This document shows positions 58,788 to 64,000 of a DNA stretch of 64,000 nt, piece after piece. The notes beneath the pieces were generated by a model that ran no database searches, was not told the DNA's origin, and saw only the letters and a list, made by a program, of their open reading frames with translations. Origin of the DNA: Bdellovibrionaceae bacterium UBA6502 (lineage in GTDB: Bacteria; Bdellovibrionota; Bdellovibrionia; Bdellovibrionales; UBA840); NCBI GenBank assembly GCA_002436415.1, contig DJMA01000027.1, positions 15,782 through 79,781 of the forward strand, in the 5' to 3' direction. Numbering within the stretch: position 1 is the stretch's first letter; each line of letters begins with the position of its first letter. A program made the translations under genes and the position numbers.

Positions 58788-58820
58788 AAAAAAAGGCTTC
58801 CATCGTAAATGGAAACCCTT
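58788..58820. terminator. Probable terminator between convergent genes
   Basis: A-tract followed by an imperfect GGCTTCCAT-CGTAA-ATGGAAACC stem. Confidence 0.5.
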
Positions 58821-58842
58821 AATTTTATAGAAAGTCTGAGAC

Positions 58843-60093
58843 TTAGTATTCTAAGAAGTCCGTTGTAAAACCTAGTCTTTTACTGCGCGACTGAAGTACT
58901 CGGTACGGGTTGTCGGCAAACTCAATTAGGTATAAGCAAGGATTGATGTTTTTGTTAAAGACAACTGGAATCATGTCTTGGCCAGGATAGAAACCACCAC
59001 TCCACAGGCTTTTTGGATCTAGTTCAAAAGTGAAGGAAATGATTCCGTGTTCCCCGTAAGCCCAATCCGTTGTATCACCGCTGGTTTTGTATAAATCAGC
59101 AGAGGCTTGAGGGGTGTAGTTGTTCCATTTAGACATTCTGTTGGCCATAATTTCATGAACTCGACGATCTCTTTCGTTGGCAATCGGTTCGTCCGTATGT
59201 CCCCAAGGGTATAGGATTAGCTCGGAAAAAGTGTGGAAAGAAAGAAGAGTTGTGATGTTTGGCTTATTCTCTACAAAAGCTTTAATGGCTTGAGTTTCTG
59301 GCTCACTAAAAGGCTTAGGTCCCATATAAACATCTGAAGAAGTTCTTTTAGATGAACCACCGGTTCCCCATAAGTAACCATAGTTTCTGTTCAGGTCCAC
59401 ACCATAGGTTCCATCACCATTATCACGACGATTTTTTCTCCACCTTTTATAAACACCATCAGCGATATCATGCTCCACTCCGTCAGGGTTTACCATTGGA
59501 ATGATGTTGATTTCACGGCTATTGATGAGTTTTTGTAAATTGAAATTTTGAGAGTTGTAACCTTCTACTAAAGCTCTCGCAAGCATCAATGGCATTTCTG
59601 TAGATAGGTGCTCACGAGCATGGTGAGTTCCGGTAAATACGATGGCCGGTAATTGACTTGAATATCTCATGTTACCAGAGATTTTAATGTTAACGATCAT
59701 TCTTCCTTCGTGTGTTCTTCCTATGTTTTGAAGTTGAACGATGTTTGGATTCAGAGCTCGAATGGCTTGCATTTCACGTAGCATTTCGTCGTAGTTATGA
59801 AATTTGGAATCTTTGCTAGGGAAGTCGAATAGACCGGCTTCAGCTTTGAAGTGCTCAATTAGTTTTCCAGTTTTCTTGGCAGCCTCAAGGTCGTCTTTGT
59901 TTCCGATAAGGATGGCGTAGTCGTCATGGATTCCATGCTCAATTGCTAAACCAGCATTAAGTAGTTCTGTTCTTTCCACCTTGTTTGTTGCTTTTAGCTT
60001 CATCCAATATTTTTCAGCTTCTACTTGCTTGGCAGCGAAAGCGCTACAAGCAAAAGAAGTGAAAATAGATAGAAGCATAATTTTTGTGATCAT
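58843..60093 (-). CDS. Secreted M14 zinc carboxypeptidase (carboxypeptidase T-like)
   Basis: Motifs HHAREH, PMVNPDG, WRKNRR, GVDLNRN, PFSEPET, FHTFS and FELD; signal peptide. Start refined to 60093. Confidence 0.92.
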   Translation of the reverse strand: MITKIMLLSIFTSFACSAFAAKQVEAEKYWMKLKATNKVERTELLNAGLAIEHGIHDDYAILIGNKDDLEAAKKTGKLIEHFKAEAGLFDFPSKDSKFHNYDEMLREMQAIRALNPNIVQLQNIGRTHEGRMIVNIKISGNMRYSSQLPAIVFTGTHHAREHLSTEMPLMLARALVEGYNSQNFNLQKLINSREINIIPMVNPDGVEHDIADGVYKRWRKNRRDNGDGTYGVDLNRNYGYLWGTGGSSKRTSSDVYMGPKPFSEPETQAIKAFVENKPNITTLLSFHTFSELILYPWGHTDEPIANERDRRVHEIMANRMSKWNNYTPQASADLYKTSGDTTDWAYGEHGIISFTFELDPKSLWSGGFYPGQDMIPVVFNKNINPCLYLIEFADNPYRVLQSRSKRLGFTTDFLEY

Positions 60094-60281
60094 ATGTTCC
60101 CCCCTATATGACATCGAAAGTTCGATGAACTTTAAATTCATTGGCCAAAGGCATTGGCTTAGAAATTCAAAAGTAATTCTTACCTAAGGCTAACGTAAAT
60201 CTCTTTCATTGATTAGAGATTCGACTAAAGTCGCTACGCATGCAGACCTAGGTCTAGGGAGGTATAGGTTTTTAAATTTGA

Positions 60282-60812
60282 TTAGTTCATGTTTACTGTA
60301 GCTACATAAGGTAGGTTTCGGTAGTAACCTTGGAAATCAAGGCCGTAGCCAACCACAAAGTCATCACCGATTTCAAAACCAACAAAGTCCACTTCACACT
60401 CTTCTTTTAAAGAATCTGGTTTTAGCAAAAGGCTGGCTGTTGTAATTGTTGCTGGATTTCTTGCGCCAATCACAGTCTTTAGATAGTTCATGGTTAAGCC
60501 TGAATCTACAATGTCTTCGATAAGTAGAACGTGTTTGTCTTTTACAGAATTGGCTAAGTCTAAAGTTAATTTTACTTCGCCAGAAGATTTTGTGCTATTG
60601 CCGTAGCTTGAGCAGCCATAAAACTCACATTGAATGTCCATATCAATTGCTCGTAAAAGGTCGGCGTAAAACATGATTGAACCTTTTAGCACTCCAACAG
60701 CAACGATGTCTTCTTTTCCGCTAAAACGTTCCTTGATTTGCTCGCCAAGCTCTTGAACTCGTTTTTGGATTTGTGCTTCAGAAATTAGAGTCGATAAATT
60801 CACGTGGTTCAT
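60282..60812 (-). CDS. hpt: Hypoxanthine phosphoribosyltransferase
   Basis: Motifs VLKGS, SSYG, VLLIEDIVDSGLT, FVVGYGLD and RNLPY. Confidence 0.96.
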   Translation of the reverse strand: MNHVNLSTLISEAQIQKRVQELGEQIKERFSGKEDIVAVGVLKGSIMFYADLLRAIDMDIQCEFYGCSSYGNSTKSSGEVKLTLDLANSVKDKHVLLIEDIVDSGLTMNYLKTVIGARNPATITTASLLLKPDSLKEECEVDFVGFEIGDDFVVGYGLDFQGYYRNLPYVATVNMN

Positions 60813-60955
60813 ATGTATCTCCTAGAAGGCTTAAAGTTATTGCATTCCCAGGAAACTGTCTAGAAAAAGGCTGTAGAATCAGGGTTTTTTTGTGATTTTT
60901 CGCAGAGTATCTTTTGAACTGCAAATGCCTTAAGCGAACTAGCTGTTTTCTGTGC

Positions 60956-61870
60956 TTAGTTTTCAGGGGTAATTTGCACTAAAACGTAGAAGTTTGACTC
61001 GCCATTTACGTAATACTCTGAACGAAAAATATTAAAGGGCGGAAAAATGTTTTCAGTAGCAATATCAAAGGGTACTTGTGGAAGAAAGCCTTTAAGTAGT
61101 AACCACTGACCAGGCTTGAGATAATCTGAAAAGCTTAAAGCGGATGCAATATTCTCTTCTTGAATGATTTGGAAAGAGGTGATGATTTCAATTCGCAGGC
61201 GATTACTTTCTTCTGTCCACTTAAGATTGTAACTAAAGTTGGAGCCATCGGGGTAGGGAGTTTCCACTAAAAACTGATTGTTGGCATTGGGTGTGCGGAC
61301 TTCAGATAGTTGTTGGCTTAAAACACTAAAATTGTTTAAAACCTCTGGCATCGCCGGTAGCTTGTAGATTATATAATTCTCACCGCTTTGACGGGCCTCC
61401 ATTTCTGGGAGCTCTAAAACCTCAGGTCCTTCCAAAAAGAATAGGGAGATTTGAAATTCTGTCCAATTCAAGTTTTCAATAACAGGATCTTTGATGGATT
61501 TGGGCCCAGCATTCTTTTCCATAACTTCGTTTATGGTTGCTTCCAATTCCTCGACGACACCGGTGTCTTCTTGATCTTGAGATTTTTCTAATTGATCGTA
61601 TTTTTCAGGGTCGGATTCCCTTAAAGCATTGAGTTGTTCAATATTGTACTCTTCTATTTTCTTTTCAAAGCCGTTGTATTTGCTGTAAAAATAGTAGCTT
61701 GAACCAATAAACAGGCAGAGAAATAAAAAGCCATAAAAGCCAGCACTTTTTAAAGCTTTCTGTTGGATATTATCTTCTGGAGCTTTGTAGCTAGGAATGT
61801 GTACTCCGCATTTTGCGCAAAAATCATCTTTGGGTTGTTCAAAGTTACATTTAGGGCAGTGAATTAACAT
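60956..61870 (-). CDS. Zinc-ribbon membrane protein, hypothetical
   Basis: N-terminal CPKC...CAKC, one TM segment and an acidic extracytoplasmic domain. Confidence 0.7.
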   Translation of the reverse strand: MLIHCPKCNFEQPKDDFCAKCGVHIPSYKAPEDNIQQKALKSAGFYGFLFLCLFIGSSYYFYSKYNGFEKKIEEYNIEQLNALRESDPEKYDQLEKSQDQEDTGVVEELEATINEVMEKNAGPKSIKDPVIENLNWTEFQISLFFLEGPEVLELPEMEARQSGENYIIYKLPAMPEVLNNFSVLSQQLSEVRTPNANNQFLVETPYPDGSNFSYNLKWTEESNRLRIEIITSFQIIQEENIASALSFSDYLKPGQWLLLKGFLPQVPFDIATENIFPPFNIFRSEYYVNGESNFYVLVQITPEN

Positions 61871-62080
61871 TCCTCGTCTCCAGGCAAATTATTTTTTTTA
61901 ATGTGGCGATTTTAAGCCGACATGTCATCTCTCTATCCTCTTTTATATACTACACAAATTTAGTCTTTGAGTATTTGCTTAGCAGACCATTCCTAAACTT
62001 TTGACCAGGTCTTTAATTCGGATTAGCATGTTTGTAAATAGAGTGTGAATGTCCATGGAGGGACATGTTTTAATATTTCC

Positions 62081-62962
62081 ATGTCTTTCGAATTACACAA
62101 ACCCGTCCTTTTAAAAAATTTCCTAGAGCAACTTAGCTACTTTGATAATGTGCAAAACTATTTGGATTGCACCTTCGGGCGTGGTGGACATGCCGCAGAG
62201 GTTTTGCAGGCTTTCCCAGAGGCAAAGCTATTTGCTGTGGATCAGGATCAAGAGGCTTTGGATTACGCAAAGTCTGATTTTGTTCCAAAGTTTCAAGATA
62301 GAGAACTTCAGTTTTTTCATGAAAACTTTATGACCATGGATTTTGCCGAAAAAGGCATTAAGGACATGGATTTAATATTAGCGGACCTTGGCGTGAGTTC
62401 ACCGCAATACGATCAAGCAGAGCGAGGATTTAGTTTTAACAAAGACGGGCCTTTGGATATGCGCATGGATCGTCGAAAAGAATTAACAGCGGCTGAGATC
62501 ATTAACGAATGGGATGAAGAAGATTTAATTGATCTCTTTAAAAATATGGGGGAACATCGCCGACCATTTCGTGTGGTAAGAGCGATTGTAAATGATCGAA
62601 AAGAAAAACCTTATACTTCCACCCGAGAGCTTGCGAGCTTGATAGAAAGAGTAGATGGATGGAAAAAGAAAGGGAGTCACCCTGCCACCAAGTACTTTAT
62701 GGCTCTGCGTTTGCAGGTAAATCAAGAGATAAATCTGCTTCCAGAATCTCTTGAAAATTTAATCCGAGCCCTTCGTCCAGGCGGAAGGCTGTTTGTGATT
62801 AGTTTTCACTCTATGGAAGATCGAATTATAAAACATCGTTTTAAAGATTTGCAAAGCTTTGGTAAGATCGTAAATAAGAAGGTGATTCAAGCGGATGAGG
62901 AAGAGTTGCAAGACAATCCTCGAGCAAGAACAGCTAAGTTACGCATTTTTGAAAGAGGCTAA
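62081..62962 (+). CDS. rsmH: 16S rRNA m4C1402 methyltransferase
   Basis: Motifs HKPVLL, DCTFGRGGHA, DLGVSS, RGFSF..DGPLDMRMD, ISFHSMEDR and NPRAR. Confidence 0.96.
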   Translation: MSFELHKPVLLKNFLEQLSYFDNVQNYLDCTFGRGGHAAEVLQAFPEAKLFAVDQDQEALDYAKSDFVPKFQDRELQFFHENFMTMDFAEKGIKDMDLILADLGVSSPQYDQAERGFSFNKDGPLDMRMDRRKELTAAEIINEWDEEDLIDLFKNMGEHRRPFRVVRAIVNDRKEKPYTSTRELASLIERVDGWKKKGSHPATKYFMALRLQVNQEINLLPESLENLIRALRPGGRLFVISFHSMEDRIIKHRFKDLQSFGKIVNKKVIQADEEELQDNPRARTAKLRIFERG

Positions 62963-62964
62963 GG

Positions 62965-63234
62965 TTGAATCGTTCCAGATGGAATTCGTTTTTAAATCTA
63001 ATGATCCTAGTGGGGACATTATTTACGGTGGTTTTCTTTAAAATGGAAATTCGCCGAATGGGTTATGTAGTGTGGAAACTATCTCGCGCCGAAAAAATCG
63101 CCGAAGATACTAAGAACCTACATAAGCTAGAATATGCTCGATTAACTCGCCCTGAAAGAATCGAAGCTTTCGCTGCTAATTTCTTTTCTTTAAAAAAAGC
63201 AGAACACCAGCAAGTCGTCTACATGGAGGATTAA
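62965..63234 (+). CDS. ftsL: Cell division protein FtsL-like
   Basis: TM plus coiled coil ending L..PERIE..A, located between rsmH and ftsI. Confidence 0.8.
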   Translation: MNRSRWNSFLNLMILVGTLFTVVFFKMEIRRMGYVVWKLSRAEKIAEDTKNLHKLEYARLTRPERIEAFAANFFSLKKAEHQQVVYMED

Positions 63235-63235
63235 T

Positions 63236-64000
63236 TTGTCCAAACGAATTACTTTGTTGTTTGTGGTATTTTTAATGATGTTTGGCAGTCTTTTGATTCG
63301 CGGTGGTGCATTGCAGGTAAATCCAAGCGAGAGATTGGCAAAGCGTTACGAAAGACAATTTACCAAGGTAATGAATGTAGAAGGCCGACGTGGGTACATT
63401 TATGATCGAGAAGGTCGTCAGTTGGCGGCTTCAGTGATTGCTTATTCTTTGTATGCAGATCCAAAAATGCTAGAAAAGCCTAGAACGGTATCTAAAAAGT
63501 TGGCAAAGATTCTTCCTGAAAAATGGACCGAAATATATAAGAAGCTTAAAAATAAAAAACGCAGGTTTGTTTGGTTAGGGCGTAGGTTAGATACAAAATT
63601 AAAAGACCAGATCAAGGCTTGGAATTATCGCGGTTTGGGTTTTATTGAAGAGCCAAAGCGAATTTATCCCAATGAAAGTTTGCTAGCAAATGTGTTGGGC
63701 TTTGTTGGTTCTAGCAGTCAAGGTTTAGGTGGTACAGAGGTTCGTTTTGAAGAAATCTTAAACGGCACTGGAAAATCTTTGAAGGTGGATCGTGACGCTA
63801 GAGGAAGACCACTTTTTATCAATGGTTTACTATTTAACGAGAGTCCCGATGGACATAACCTGCATTTAACCATAGACAACCCAATTCAGTATCAATTGGA
63901 AGCCGAGTTAAAGAGCAGTGTGGAAAAGTTTGAAGCTAGCGGAGCTGTTGGTGTGATTCTAAATGCGGAAACCTCTGAAGTTGTTGCGATGGCTTCTTAT
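63236..64000 (+). CDS. ftsI: Peptidoglycan transpeptidase FtsI/PBP3 (partial, runs off window)
   Basis: Not in the ORF track. TTG start after GGAGG, a TM, then RRGYIYDREGRQLA, RIYP, RDARG and LTID. Confidence 0.9.
   Translation, partial: MSKRITLLFVVFLMMFGSLLIRGGALQVNPSERLAKRYERQFTKVMNVEGRRGYIYDREGRQLAASVIAYSLYADPKMLEKPRTVSKKLAKILPEKWTEIYKKLKNKKRRFVWLGRRLDTKLKDQIKAWNYRGLGFIEEPKRIYPNESLLANVLGFVGSSSQGLGGTEVRFEEILNGTGKSLKVDRDARGRPLFINGLLFNESPDGHNLHLTIDNPIQYQLEAELKSSVEKFEASGAVGVILNAETSEVVAMASY

Overview
AT-rich bacterial chromosome segment, most likely from a Bdellovibrionota (Bdellovibrio-like) organism. This is inferred from two TIGR02147/DUF4423-like genes, many lineage-type secreted hypotheticals, a Glt-like TPR cluster and sigma-28-like promoters. 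The backbone includes pal-cpoB, tsaD-rsmA, a complete shikimate operon (CM-tyrA, aroF, aroB, a fused aroK-aroD-aroE, aroC, aroA), smpB, an rluB-like gene, dsbD, motAB, an RND pump, lspA, dacB, a LysM lytic transglycosylase, rnj, hpt and the start of the dcw cluster (rsmH-ftsL-ftsI). Accessory-looking stretches are at about 1.5-5.3 kb and 27.6-35.6 kb. I found no rRNA, tRNA, CRISPR array or integrase/transposase. The most notable signals are: (1) LspA fused to a 2TM+HAMP-like module that also occurs as a stand-alone gene in the window; (2) two TIGR02147-regulator/secreted-protein modules; (3) a tightly coupled TPR/beta-barrel operon resembling a partial Glt core that runs into RNase J; (4) a DEDDh exonuclease-WYL fusion; (5) a recurrent intergenic GAC-N4-GTC palindrome, including a perfect 26-bp nested palindrome. 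All calls come from motif recognition by eye; no searches were run.
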